In this document: positions 23,331-35,800 of the stretch, one piece after another | Position numbering within the stretch: the stretch's first letter is position 1 | Layout of the letters: each line of letters opens with the position of its first letter | NCBI GenBank assembly: GCA_951406725.2 | Contig: OX597832.1 | Location: 56,978,001-57,042,000, forward strand | Origin: Octopus vulgaris | Lineage: Eukaryota | Reading direction: 5' to 3' | DNA length: 64,000 bases | Position numbers and translations under genes: made by a program | The notes under the pieces: model-generated | Told to the model about the DNA's origin: nothing | Seen by the model: only the letters and a program-made list of their open reading frames with translations | The model's database searches: none

Positions 23331-23832
23331 ATATATAATATTACCATAATCACTTTATAAAAAAAAAAATCTGCCTCAACAAATTCCCTCTGACCCATGC
23401 AAGCATAGAGAAGCGTGCATTAAATGACGATGTCAGTGAGTGACAGAGTCTGACCTTTCCACAGCAAGAACCCTCCACACACACACACACACAGACACAC
23501 ACACATTTCAAACTCAGATCAATATACAGTTCTGTGTCTAGTGAAGAATTATATTACTTGTTAACCAATATCATTTAAATACTATTAAACAAAGATGTCT
23601 GCTGTTGATCAGAGGAGATGACAGCCTAGATTCGACTACAATGCCATGTCGTTTCACTTCAGTTAGGCTTCCTTAATAAGCTTTAGAAAAGCATAAATAT
23701 AACATCTCATTTCACCTCTCTTATATATCTGAGGCCTTCGTCAAAATAAATCAATAGCGATCATTTTTCTAAAGATGAAAGACTTGCTTAAGGATTGAAT
23801 TCATGCTCATCACTACCACCACCACTACCATT

Positions 23833-23867
<35 letters not shown>

Positions 23868-23874
23868 GATTATG

Positions 23875-23906
<32 letters not shown>

Positions 23907-24548
23907 GACAACTTTTTCCAATGTTTTGTATTCAATGGTTTTTATTAAAAGTATGTCTTGTATTGACCTGACACATTACAGTTTTTCTAGAAAAGGAAAT
24001 GTTATCTCTTAAACAATAGTTTGTTTTCATTTTCTGTTTTTTTTTAAGAAACAAATTGACAATTCTTATTAAAATGTTATTATAGAAATGTTAATTACTC
24101 CAAAGCGAAAAACATCAAGCAACATCAGTCACCACCATCACCATCATTACAAAGAATGCTATTGTCCTCATCATAATATCGGCAGCCATGGATTTGGCAG
24201 AATCGTTAGATGTGAAGACCAAATGCTTTGCACTCTTTAGTTAAGTCCTTTTACATTCTGGGTTCAAATCTTGCCAAGGTTGACTGATTTTCGTCCTTTA
24301 TGAGTCAAAAAAGAAAGCGTACCAGTTAACTATTGGTGTGGCATGTGTCCAACCAACACGAGCCATCGCCCCAGCTGGATCCTTGGAGAAGAGAATACGA
24401 TGCACTGAGCCGTCATGCAAGCTGAGTCCTCAGAGGAGAGAATGTGATGCACAAGATTGGATCCAACTCAGAAAGTCAAGCAGCAGGACCAAACATCAGA
24501 TGGTCATGCCAGGTGAAGAAGTATCTTGCAGAGATGCAGACTGACAGG

Positions 24549-24959
24549 CACTAGAATAGCCAGGGTGTGTGAATCCCGGGGAGGCCCTTCTGTTTGCTGT
24601 CCCTGGGCTCCCAGAAAATATACATATTTATTTTTTTACTACCCACAAGAGGCTAAACACAGAGGGGACAAAGAAGGACAGACAAAGCGATTAAGTCGAT
24701 TCCATCGACCCCAGTGCGTAACTGGTACTTAATTTATCGACCCCGAAAGGATGAAAGGCAAAGTCGACCTCGGCGGAATTCGAACTCAGAACGTAATGGC
24801 AGGCGAAATACAGCTACGCATTTCGCCCGGCGTGCTACTGTTTCTGCCAGCTCGCCGCCTTATACATATTGCTTACAGCACACCTAAAAGTGGTGCTGGC
24901 CCCATAAAAGTGCTGCCTGGGGCAGACTTCTCTCTTTGCCCCCTCTAGCTACACTAGTG
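24549..24959. mobile_element. hAT-type MITE with 8-bp TSD, hosting a family B SINE
   Basis: TIRs cactagaatagccag / ctagctacactagtg; TSD ctgacagg / ttgacagg. Confidence 0.7.
24633..24860 (-). mobile_element. SINE family B, young (CpG-retaining)
   Basis: atcgaccccgaaaggatgaaaggcaaagtcgacctcggcggaattcgaactcag...ccagctcgccgcc. Confidence 0.9.
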
Positions 24960-25164
24960 TTGACAGGGACACTGCTCAGAGTGTTGCCCAGGACAACCTG
25001 GTGGAGGTACATGGCTTAGTGGTTATGGTGTTGCACTCATGATTGTAAGATTGCAGTTTCGTTTCCTGGATCAGGTGACACATTGGTATTTGGCACTCTG
25101 TTGAACCACTTCAGATGGAGGATCTGCCGGAGACATTTGTTGAATGGAGAAACATTATTGCCTA

Positions 25165-25780
25165 GAATATTTTCATTAGACAGATAGGTATCTTCACCTT
25201 GTTTGTTATTACCACAACATTTCAGCTGATATATTTTACAGCCTTCACCAGGCTCTTAACCAGTATGCTATATGCCTGTAGGCATGTGGTAACCACAAAC
25301 AAGGTGAGGACATCTATCCATCCAATGTAAATATTGTACATAATTCGACTGGCTTCTGTGCCAGTGCACATAAAAAGCACCATCCGAACGTGGCCAATGC
25401 CAGCGCCGCCTCGACTGGCTTCAGTGCCGATGGCACATAAAAAGCACCATCCGAACGTGGCCGATGCCAGCACCGCCTTGGCTGGTTTCCGTGCCGGTGG
25501 CACGTTAAAAGCACCAACCGATCGTGGCCGATGCCGGACTCCCCTGGCACCTGTGCAGGTGGCATGTAAAAAGCACCCACTACACTCGCGGAGTGGTTGG
25601 CATTAGGAAGGGCATCCAGTTGTAGAAACACTGCTAGATCAGACTGGAGCCTGGTGCAGGCCCTGGCTTCCCAGACCCCAGTCGAACCGTCCAACCCGTG
25701 CTAGCGTGGAAAACGGACGTTAAACGATGATGATGATGATGATGATGATGAATTCCTCATGTCTAAAATATAGAACAGTA
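25165..25780. mobile_element. Older copy of the 50668-51207 Penelope-like family, inverted arrangement
   Basis: cttgtttgttatt..cacaacatttcagctgatata..cagccttcaccagg, then inverted acaaacaaggtgaggac...tgtacataattc[insertion]aattcctcat..aatatagaac. Confidence 0.65.
25347..25750 (+). mobile_element. Repeat family C, young copy
   Basis: Tandem gtgccggtggcacg..aaaagcacc units, RTE-type tail ggaaaacggacgttaaacgat(gat)n, AATTC duplicated at the flanks. Confidence 0.85.
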
Positions 25781-26135
25781 TTATTACCTAGCTTCAAAAT
25801 TAGGGTTAGGGTTAGCTTCAAAACAGGTGGGTGTTGGTGACAGGTAAGGCATCTGATCATCTGATCGTAAAACAAAATCTAAGTGAATGAATTCCATCTA
25901 ACTCATGTGAGCATGAGAAAATGGGCGATAAAACGATAACAATGATTATGATAATGATTTCATGCAAGAAGTGTAAAAGAGCTTAAGGACCCGAGAAATC
26001 AATTTTCCAAAGACAACAAAATAAAAAAAAAAAAGCCCCAAAATTTACAATTAACACAATTCTATATGATCTCTTCCTACCATTTGGACTGTAAAGGTTA
26101 AATACTTTCATTATTTCCATTTGCAGTATGTTAGA

Positions 26136-26174
<39 letters not shown>

Positions 26175-26374
26175 CGGCGTTGTGCTGCCATAAAGAAGTC
26201 AGTCAAAGACAGGCACAATCAACGCAAGAATATGCATTGGCTGTGAAGAAGCCACAGTGATGCTGCACTTACGTTAGCATTGATCATTAATTCAATTCTT
26301 TGAACATGACAAAGTCAATAGCTCATTATCTGTCTGCACTTGCAAGCGGCAATTGCAATTCCCAACTCGCCATT

Positions 26375-26414
<40 letters not shown>

Positions 26415-26489
26415 ATGCGTAATGGCGGGGGCGGTGGGAGGAAAGAGAAAAAAGCGAGCATGTGTGAGTGAAGTGAAGTGAAAAAGAGA

Positions 26490-26547
26490 AATAATGGTAA
26501 TAATAATAATAATAATGATAATAATAATAATAATGATAATAATAATG

Positions 26548-26578
<31 letters not shown>

Positions 26579-26649
26579 TAATAATAATGATAATAATAAT
26601 AATAATAATAATAATAGTAGTAATAATAATAATAATAATAATGATAATA

Positions 26650-26680
<31 letters not shown>

Positions 26681-26715
26681 TGATAATAATAATGATGATG
26701 ATGATGATGATAATG

Positions 26716-26749
<34 letters not shown>

Positions 26750-26760
26750 TAATAATAATG

Positions 26761-26793
<33 letters not shown>

Positions 26794-26826
26794 GTAGTAA
26801 TAATAATAATAATAATAATGATAATA

Positions 26827-26857
<31 letters not shown>

Positions 26858-26981
26858 TAATGATAATAATAATAATGATAATAATAATAATGATAATAAT
26901 AATGATGATGATGATGATGATAATGATAATAATAATAATAATAATGATAATAATAATAATGATAATAAAATGATGATGATG

Positions 26982-27050
<69 letters not shown>

Positions 27051-27065
27051 TAATAATAATGATGC

Positions 27066-27097
<32 letters not shown>

Positions 27098-27105
27098 GTA
27101 GTAGT
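26490..27105. repeat. (AAT)n/(GAT)n microsatellite with higher-order duplication
   Basis: Direct reading; the interruption pattern repeats at ~180-200 bp. Confidence 0.95.
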
Positions 27106-27299
27106 AATCAGTATTATATAGCTGGAAAGAATGGATAGCATGGTACCATAAGCTGCAGGTTGCAAGCCTGCAACACATGTAAGGCTCCAAGAGTTCCAAC
27201 AAAACCGTTAAGCATTTCATCCAGTGTGCTAACAATTCTGCCAGCTCGCCACCTTAATCGTGGTGGAGGTGGTGGTGGTGGTGGTGATGATAATGATGA

Positions 27300-27850
27300 T
27301 AAATGCCCTGATGCAGTACCAGACTCATGGCTTCTGATCTTAACTGATTGGAAGTGTTATCATGTACAATGTTTTGTCTTGGTATAAAAGATGGGCTACA
27401 GCAAATATTCTGCTCAATACCACAGATTTGCTTGTCAGTTGTTTGACCTTAACCAATTGAGCATGTCCCTTAGTGGCTGATGATATGTGCATCTCTGATC
27501 ACGAACAGAAGTAGTGGGGGTGCATCATAGCCATATGTTGAGAGGGATTCTTTGGAGCTTGAATAATACACCTCGGGAAACATGGGTGCTTTATTCAACA
27601 TCCTTAAACAATCCTTATTCAGGGACCTTTTGAGTGTGATGGGCTACTCGACCAGAAGAAAATTCTAACTGGGCCCCACCTGCAAGGTCATGTGCTATTT
27701 ATCTTGATATGAGATCACCATATCGCGCACATATGGTTGTGATGCATGTGCCTGGTGTACCTTTATCAGACGGGTAGTCATGATGGGTATATTGGGCTTC
27801 GTATATTTTACCCCAGTGTCACTTTGATGGCATGCACTGCTCTCTCACTC
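27300..27850 (+). mobile_element. Probable non-LTR retrotransposon 3' UTR ending in (AAT)n
   Basis: Complex ~550-bp block embedded in GAT/AAT repeats, ending ctctctcactc(aat)n. Class inferred from the target and tail only. Confidence 0.4.
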
Positions 27851-27891
<41 letters not shown>

Positions 27892-27895
27892 TAAC

Positions 27896-27931
<36 letters not shown>

Positions 27932-27942
27932 CAGGAAGACAC

Positions 27943-27993
<51 letters not shown>

Positions 27994-27997
27994 TAAC

Positions 27998-28033
<36 letters not shown>

Positions 28034-28078
28034 CAGGAAGACACTCGGCAAGAAATGGAAACAAAATTGTAGAGAGAC

Positions 28079-28132
<54 letters not shown>

Positions 28133-28163
28133 TAATAATAATAACAACAATAACAATAATAAC

Positions 28164-28207
<44 letters not shown>

Positions 28208-28245
28208 CAATAACAATAATAATAATAATAATAATAGTAATAAAT
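27851..28245. repeat. (AAT)n array containing a tiny Dong/R4-like 3' end
   Basis: 28033-28080 ggaagacactcggcaagaaatggaaacaaaattg matches 34500-34535 ggaaaacactcggcgagaaatggaagaaaatttg. Confidence 0.8.
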
Positions 28246-28574
28246 TGTACAAGAAAACCAAAAATTAATTCGAAGCACCACCTTGCAGCAAGGATAGGGA
28301 AATATCCTTCAAAAACTGCGAAAATATTCAATTCATCACATTAAGGCTAGCAAGAGCAACATGTTGAAAGGAAAATTGCAAGTAGGGTGTGGGGTGTAGG
28401 AGAGAGGGGAAAGAAAAATGAGGTGGGTGTGGCATAATTTGGGGGAAAGGACATGAAAAGGTTATAAAAAAAAAGGTTAAAAGGGAAAGTATTGGAATTA
28501 GAAAAGTAAAGGAAAGCAGAAGGAATAAGAAAATTGGAGAGAATAGAGGAGGAAACTATAAATAAAACCCATGA

Positions 28575-28990
28575 ATACACACACATGCGTGGACACACTC
28601 ACATGCGTGGACACACACACACACGCACGCACGTGTGCATACACACACACGTGCATAGACACACACACATGTGTGCATACACACACACACGTGTGCATAC
28701 ATACACACACGTGCACACACACACATGCACACATGCACACACACATATGCATACACATGTGCACACACACATACACATATGCACGTGTACACACACATGT
28801 ACACGCACACACGCAGGCACACAGATGTACACACACACGTGCACACATACATACACACATGTGTACATGCACACACACGCGCGCACACACACGCACGCAC
28901 ATACATACACACACACACACACACACATGCACACGTGCACACACACTCACACGTACACACACACACACACACACACACTCATGCACGTTA
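28575..28990. repeat. Degenerate (CA)n/(CATG) tract
   Basis: Direct reading. Confidence 0.9.
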
Positions 28991-29549
28991 TAGGAATGAA
29001 AGCCTACTTGAAACTGAATATGGATAAATAGAAAGAAAGAAAGAAAGGAAGAAAGAAAGCCAAGAGTGTAAGGAATTAATTAGAAATACGAAAGATAGGG
29101 AGAAATACTACAGAGATGTTGATAAACGAGCAACTTCCTGTAATTAAATAGGTTATTTAAAGCTTACTAATTAATATTAGTTGTACAATTATTTCAATGG
29201 CTGCAGATATTCTGTTGAACAATGGACGGAATGGTTTATGATGTTCAGCTATGTCTCTCCAGGTTTCTGAAACTGGACAGAAATCCTAATGTGGCCAATT
29301 TTACCTTTCATCTCAGGTGACCGAAGCACAATGGGGAGCAGTGAAATAATTACTGCTATCAATTCAACTAACCTTACCTTTCTCCAATAAATCTCTGACT
29401 TTTTAACGAAGTTAATCAACCTTTTCATTACCAATGTTCTAAGGAAATACACTTCCTAACTGAATGGCTTCAGATTCAGTCCCATGACGTGGCCCCTTGG
29501 GCCAATCAAAGGCTTGTGAGTAGGTCCGGCAGAAATTGGAAGAAGTCCA

Positions 29550-29995
29550 ATGACATGGCTGTGTGGTAAGAATCTTGCTTCCAAGCCACATCGTTCTGGG
29601 TTCAATAACTACTGCATGGAACCTTAGGCGAGTATCTTCTACCATACCCTCAGGCCAACCAAAGTTTTGTGAGTGGATTTGGTCGATGGAAACTGAAAGA
29701 AGCCCATTGTGAGACAATGAGACAACAATAAAGATTATCTTAGCTAGAAATGGACTCTGAAACATCTTAGGCAAAATTAAGGCATTAAAACAGAATGACT
29801 CTCCCCAGACACAACAACCGATGCTGGTGTGTTTACGTCCCCATAACCTAACAGTTCAGCAAAAGAGACTGATAGAATAAGTACTAGGCTTACAAAGAAT
29901 AAGTCCTGGGGTCGATTTCTTTTACTAAACCCCTTTGAGGTGGTGCTCCGGCATGACCTCAGTCAAATGACAGAAACAAGTAAAGGAATAAAAGA
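29550..29995 (+). mobile_element. SINE family A with internal insertion
   Basis: Head 29550-29710; tail 29810-29995. Confidence 0.8.
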
Positions 29996-30024
29996 ATATA
30001 TACACATATATATATATGTATGCG

Positions 30025-30305
30025 GTTGGTGTTAGAAAGAGCATCCATGTGTAAAAACCTGGCCAAGACTGACCTCACCTGTGCTTGTGCCACATAAAAA
30101 GCACTACTCACCTCACTTGTGCTTGTGCCACGTAAAAAGCACTAAGTCCACTCTGCTGATTAGTTGGTGTTAGGAAGGGCATCAAGCTGTAAAAGTCCTG
30201 TCAAAACAGTCACAGAAGTCCAGTGCAAGCTTTGACCTTGGCCAGCTCTTGTGCTATCATCCAACCCATGCTAGCATGAAACACAGATGTTAGGTGAGGA
30301 TGATG
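30025..30305 (+). mobile_element. Repeat family C variant
   Basis: ggttggtgttaggaagggcatc twice; ccaacccatgctagcatg tail. Confidence 0.7.
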
Positions 30306-30351
30306 CCAACGATTCTACCAGCTTACTGCCTTAGTAATAATAATAATAATG

Positions 30352-30415
<64 letters not shown>

Positions 30416-31744
30416 AATTTAATCTGAATGCTAATGGATGAAGTGAGTGTTTGGATTATAAACTGACTTGAAATTTTAATGAACTGTTTTAACTGAGATT
30501 ACTTGAAAATAAGCAGTGTGGAGGTGTGGTCTTATATGGATTAGTACCAGAATAAATAATATATTGATGGTAGTGGAATGGCAATAGTGAGGGAGATTCA
30601 GACACAGGGCTTTGAGATATTTGGTTCCATCTCTTAACGTTCTGTGTTTTAATCCTTACCAAATGAAGACAACGTTATCCTCCTTCAAGCACAGACAAAA
30701 TAAAATACCAGTCATGTACTGGGGATTCACATGACAGACTATACTCCACAGCTTCCCACCCTTCCACCCATATTTGGGGTCTTTTGCTTTTTGAGCTTAT
30801 GTTAAGAATTAACTGTTGTGCGTGTAGGGGAGGAAATTTAGAAAGAGAGAGAGAGAGTAAGAAATGGTGATAAAGATACATACACGCACACATATATATA
30901 CATACACACACATATGTACACACACACACACATATGCATACACATAAATACACATACATGCACGCACATGCATACACATTTTTATATATAATTACATTCT
31001 TATCTGCAACTGGCCAAATGCTTTCCTATGTTTACTCAAAACAGAACTTATGGCTACACAAATTAAGAGAATGGTCAAAACTAACATCATTATGGCAGCA
31101 CAGTACTAGCTTAACTGGAATGGTTCGTGTATCTGCGAAAACAGAGCATAACATTACATGACGTACAAGTGATCAATATCAAAGGATTCACTGAGGCAGC
31201 AAATTGAATAACAGTCATTTTCAGCCAGATAGTTTTATGTCTAATACTCATTGCCTCTTTTACTGCTGATGCTAATAATAACAACAATAATAATAATGAT
31301 AATAATAATAATAATGATAATGATAATTATAATGCTTTTGCCACAAAAACCCCTTTTATTCATGCAACAATGTTATACACAAGGGTTACAAAAGGTGTGG
31401 GTAGAGAAGACAAAATGATACAAAAATGAAAGGTAAAAGGTATTGTATAGTCTATATATAGCTGTGTTAATAAAAATTTTTATAAGGATTAAATATACAG
31501 AATAAATGGTAACTATGTATACTTTTAATTGTGTGTTTATGTATAGTTTTTTTTTAAAGAATATGTCAAACAAATAAAGCAGCTCGCCCACGCACAGGTG
31601 GGAAACCAGCAATTAGGTTAGATCAGAATGCCTACGACCTTGCACACCTGCCCTTGATTGTATTGGAACCAAGTACAGCCAGAAGCGCTCATAAACATGT
31701 TTGTTTTATTGTTGTTGCTGTTGTATTTTTGATTTTGGATTGAA

Positions 31745-32045
31745 TCATCATCATCATCGTTTAACATCCATTTTCCATGCTGGCATGGGTTGGACGGTTC
31801 GACAGGGGTCTGGGAAGCCAGGAAGCTGCACCAGGCTCCAACCTAATCTGGCAATGTTTCTACAGCTGGATGCCCTTCCTAACGCCAACCACTCTGAGAG
31901 TGTAGTGGGTGCCTTTTACATGCCACTGGCACAGGGGCTAGAGGAAGCTGGCAATGTCCACAATCAGTTGGTGCTTTTTACGTGCCACTGGCACAGACGC
32001 CAGTGAAGGCGGTGCTGGCATTGGCCACATTCAGATGGTGTTTTT
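31745..32045 (-). mobile_element. Repeat family C
   Basis: catcatcgtttaacatcc...ggatgcccttcctaacgccaaccactc. Confidence 0.8.
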
Positions 32046-33717
32046 TTGAATGGGGTAGAAACTATGAAATGTTTGACTGGGAGGTAGCTCAATTGATGCA
32101 GTCTTTGACAACATCCTATTGTTTACATGTTTCTTGAAATTTGCTCCTAAATCTTGCTCTTCATACAATACATTGCCATCATTTTCCTATTTCGGATCTC
32201 TCAGATCTGGTCAGAAGGCCAAATTGCTCAACATCATAACCATGAATGTCATGCCACCTGGATGAGGGAGAGAGGTCCTCTGTATCTAAGTTGCCCAGCT
32301 ACTTCCACTGGACATCCTGCTTTTGCCCCTTCTTGTTTGTCTTTCCTCTCTAATTTTCATTTGTTTCCCATGATTGTAAGATGTTGGGTTGTTACTATTG
32401 GAAGCGAAGTCTTTAGCTTTGTCAACTTCTGGTCCTGAAGATAAAACAAGTTCTTTGACTATCCTCAATGTTACAATCAACCAATGGTGCCATTAGAACA
32501 GTAACCACCAAGATCTACTTCTATCTCCATCACTCACTCTTCACATTTTAGACTCTTCACAGAGATAGACTTTACTTATTTCTTTGAAGGCACACGGTTA
32601 AACCCCCTTGCTCTTAATGGAGCAGAACTACATCACTTTCCTGCTTGCTTGTTTTGTGATGAATTCCTCAGGCAGGGAGATATCTCTTTGTGACATACCA
32701 TAGACATGCTTCTTTCTCTGAATGGATTTGGTTCTTGTCCAAAAATTACCTGTGTCCAGGAATCTTGGTGATACTGCTTCCATTGCAATTACCATTTTCA
32801 CTCAGCAATATGTGCATGCATACATGTTGCTGCTACGGTTGCTAAAATTGTCACCGGAATATTCTCACAAATGATGCTATCTACAGAAACGTTACTATTT
32901 TCGTCTTTCAAAGCATGCATGCTCCATTATAAAATCTTTTTGTTCATTTTTTTTTTTTGCTTCTAGTCAATATCCATAAAACTGTATTTGTTCTGGTTCA
33001 AAAATTTGGGGGGAGTTTTCTGCTTGAAGAAATCATTTCCTTTGCAAATAAAGAAGAAAATATTTTCTTCCCAAATTAAATGCCATCCACCCCACCACAA
33101 ACAACCACCACCACCACCACCACCACCACCAATACCTCCGCAAACAGGGCAAAAAAAATTTCCGCCGACAATTAATTACCTTATTTGCCAGAAATTTTCC
33201 ACTTAATTTAACACCAGTAAATCTACATATTGGTTAAACGAGATGTAACGCATCTGGTTCATACAAAGCAAACAAACAAACAATAATTACACTGAAAAAC
33301 AGACACAAGCCTTTCTACAAGAAAAACAATGTATGTGTGTGTGCACATGCATGTTTGTATGTGTGTGCGTGTGTCTGTGTGTATATATACATACATACAT
33401 ACATTAAATCAGTTTGTTGCCTAACACCCCATTGTATTCTTTACATGAAACTGATTGGTAAACCAGCCATGATGGATATTTAATACTATACATTTTGGAT
33501 ACTATATATATATATGGCAATGATCACGCTTGAATGGTGTTTTTCACATGCCACCGGCACGGGAGCCAATCCGTAGCCCTGGCAGCGATCATGCTCAGAT
33601 GTGCTTTTAACGTTCCACTGGTATGAGTGCCAATCAGGCAGTACTGTCATTGGCCACGTCAGCAATTTTGATTTTATAATAATAATAATAATAACAATAA
33701 TAATAATAATAATAATC

Positions 33718-33919
33718 CTTTCTATTAAAGGAACAAGGTCTGAAATTTTGGAGGAGGGGACTAGTCAATTATATTAACCCCAGTTTTTTACCGGTACTTA
33801 ATTTATCAACCTCCAAAAGAATGAAAGGCAAAGATGACCTCAGCTGAATTTGAACTCAGAACATAGAGATGGTCTAAGCATTTAGCCTGGCGTGCTAATG
33901 ATTCTGCCAGTTTGCCACC

Positions 33920-33920
<1 letters not shown>
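33718..33920 (-). mobile_element. SINE family B between (AAT)n tracts
   Basis: ggtacttaatttatcaacc...gaaaggcaaag...atttgaactcag. Confidence 0.8.
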
Positions 33921-33968
<48 letters not shown>

Positions 33969-34016
33969 TGATGATGATGATGATGATGATGGTGATAATA
34001 ATAATAATAATAATAT

Positions 34017-34550
34017 CATAAAAGATCAGACATATTATTATAAAAGATCAGACATAAAAGCTAATAAACCGGATATTATTATAAAAGATCAGACAAAAAG
34101 ATGTGTTTGTTAATTGACATGAGTATTCCTTGCGATCACAATAAAGCGGCGAAAGAATTTGACAAGATCAGTAAATATAAAGACTTGCTAATAGAAATTG
34201 AAAAAATGTGGAATCTCAAGGCAACTACAGTACCAGTGTTTGTAGGATATCTAAGAATGATAAAAAAAAAAGGTACTGAAACGTATTTGAAAATTATACC
34301 AGGCTTACCATCCCTACAGGATGTGCAAAAAATTGTGTTAACTGGAACGGCTCATGTACTGAGAAGAGCATCATCGCTGTGAAAACAACATCCATTCATG
34401 AATTTATTTATTTATTAATTTTTAAATACATATTTTAACCTGTGAATTTGTGTGTGTAATCTGGGAATGCATACAATGAGCTTCTCTGCCCTAAGTGTAT
34501 GGAAAACACTCGGCGAGAAATGGAAGAAAATTTGAAGAAAGAAGGAAAAA
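34017..34550 (+). mobile_element. Dong/R4-clade non-LTR retrotransposon 3' fragment (REL endonuclease + 3' UTR)
   Basis: IKANKPDIIIKD..(frameshift)..CLLIDMSIPCDHN..KEFDKISKYKDLLIEIEKMW..VPVFVG..QKIVLTGTAHVLRR is a PD-(D/E)xK REL signature; flanked by (AAT)/(GAT) repeats. Confidence 0.8.
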
Positions 34551-34606
34551 ATAATGATGATGATGATGATGATGAAATAATAATAATAACAATAATAATA
34601 ATAATA

Positions 34607-34644
<38 letters not shown>

Positions 34645-35365
34645 AGCAGTTCAAGAAATTTGCTTACAGTGCAAACAGAAGAGACTCAAAACCTACATAA
34701 GTTCTATCACCAAAGACTAACAATTGGTATTTAAAAAGGTATGAAATGTTTAATCTCTAAAGAATTGGTAATAACAGTAATGCACATGAAAACCCAGCCA
34801 AGATTCAATTCCCAAAGCAGAAGATGCAAACAGCATCCATAGCAACATTGAAAAGTACTTTTTACAAAAGTGAACTTGATAGCATAATTCCTGGAAGTAG
34901 GAACAGAGCCAAACAGAAAACCCAAATTGGTTGCAGCGTCTTATCCAAAGATTTCCTCTAATTTCTCTTCTGCCTTTGTTTTTAACATCAGTTTATATAT
35001 ATATATTTATATACACACACGTGTATGTGTGTGTAATTTGCTGTGTTTTGTTATTTTTCCAAAGATCAGAGGAGCGGAGAAAAATGGTAAAATGTTGTTG
35101 GTGCCAGTTGTATGGATAAATAATCAAGGATATTTCTGTTTGCGTTCACTTCAAATGATTGTGAAGATGAGAGAAATGCATAGCTGCTGCTGCTGCTTAT
35201 ACTGATGATGATGATGATGATGATGACGATGATGATGCTGATTATGACATTCAAAGTAAATCTTAGAAATGGTAAAAACCTTCAACTATTATCTAAAAAT
35301 GAACAACAAAGGATATACATTTATTGTACTTAAATAATTTAAAATTTGCACAGGACCCACACACA

Positions 35366-35369
<4 letters not shown>

Positions 35370-35459
<90 letters not shown>

Positions 35460-35613
35460 CAGGCCGGCAGACAGACAGACACAGGCAGGCAGACAGACAG
35501 ACAGGCAGGCAGATAGACAGACAGAGAATGATGTCTATTTATGTAGCCATGGAAACTTGTGTGTGTCTGTACTTAAGTGTGTCAATAGTGTTGTAGCCAC
35601 TGTCATTGTCATC

Positions 35614-35647
<34 letters not shown>

Positions 35648-35800
35648 CCATCAACATCATCACCATCACCACCATCATCATCACCATCATCATCATCACC
35701 ATCATAATTAACACCACCACCACCACCACCACCACCACCACCACCACCAACATCATCACCATCATCATTAACACCACCATCATCATCACAATTATATCTC
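35370..35800. repeat. (TA)n-(GA)n-(GACA)n and (CAC/CAT)n microsatellites
   Basis: Direct reading. Confidence 0.9.

Larger units (their letters stand above)
21555..23570. repeat. Local tandem duplication (A-B-A'-B')
   Basis: A 21555-21810 ~ A' 22670-22921 + 23331-23358; B 22480-22670 ~ B' 23360-23570. Confidence 0.8.
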
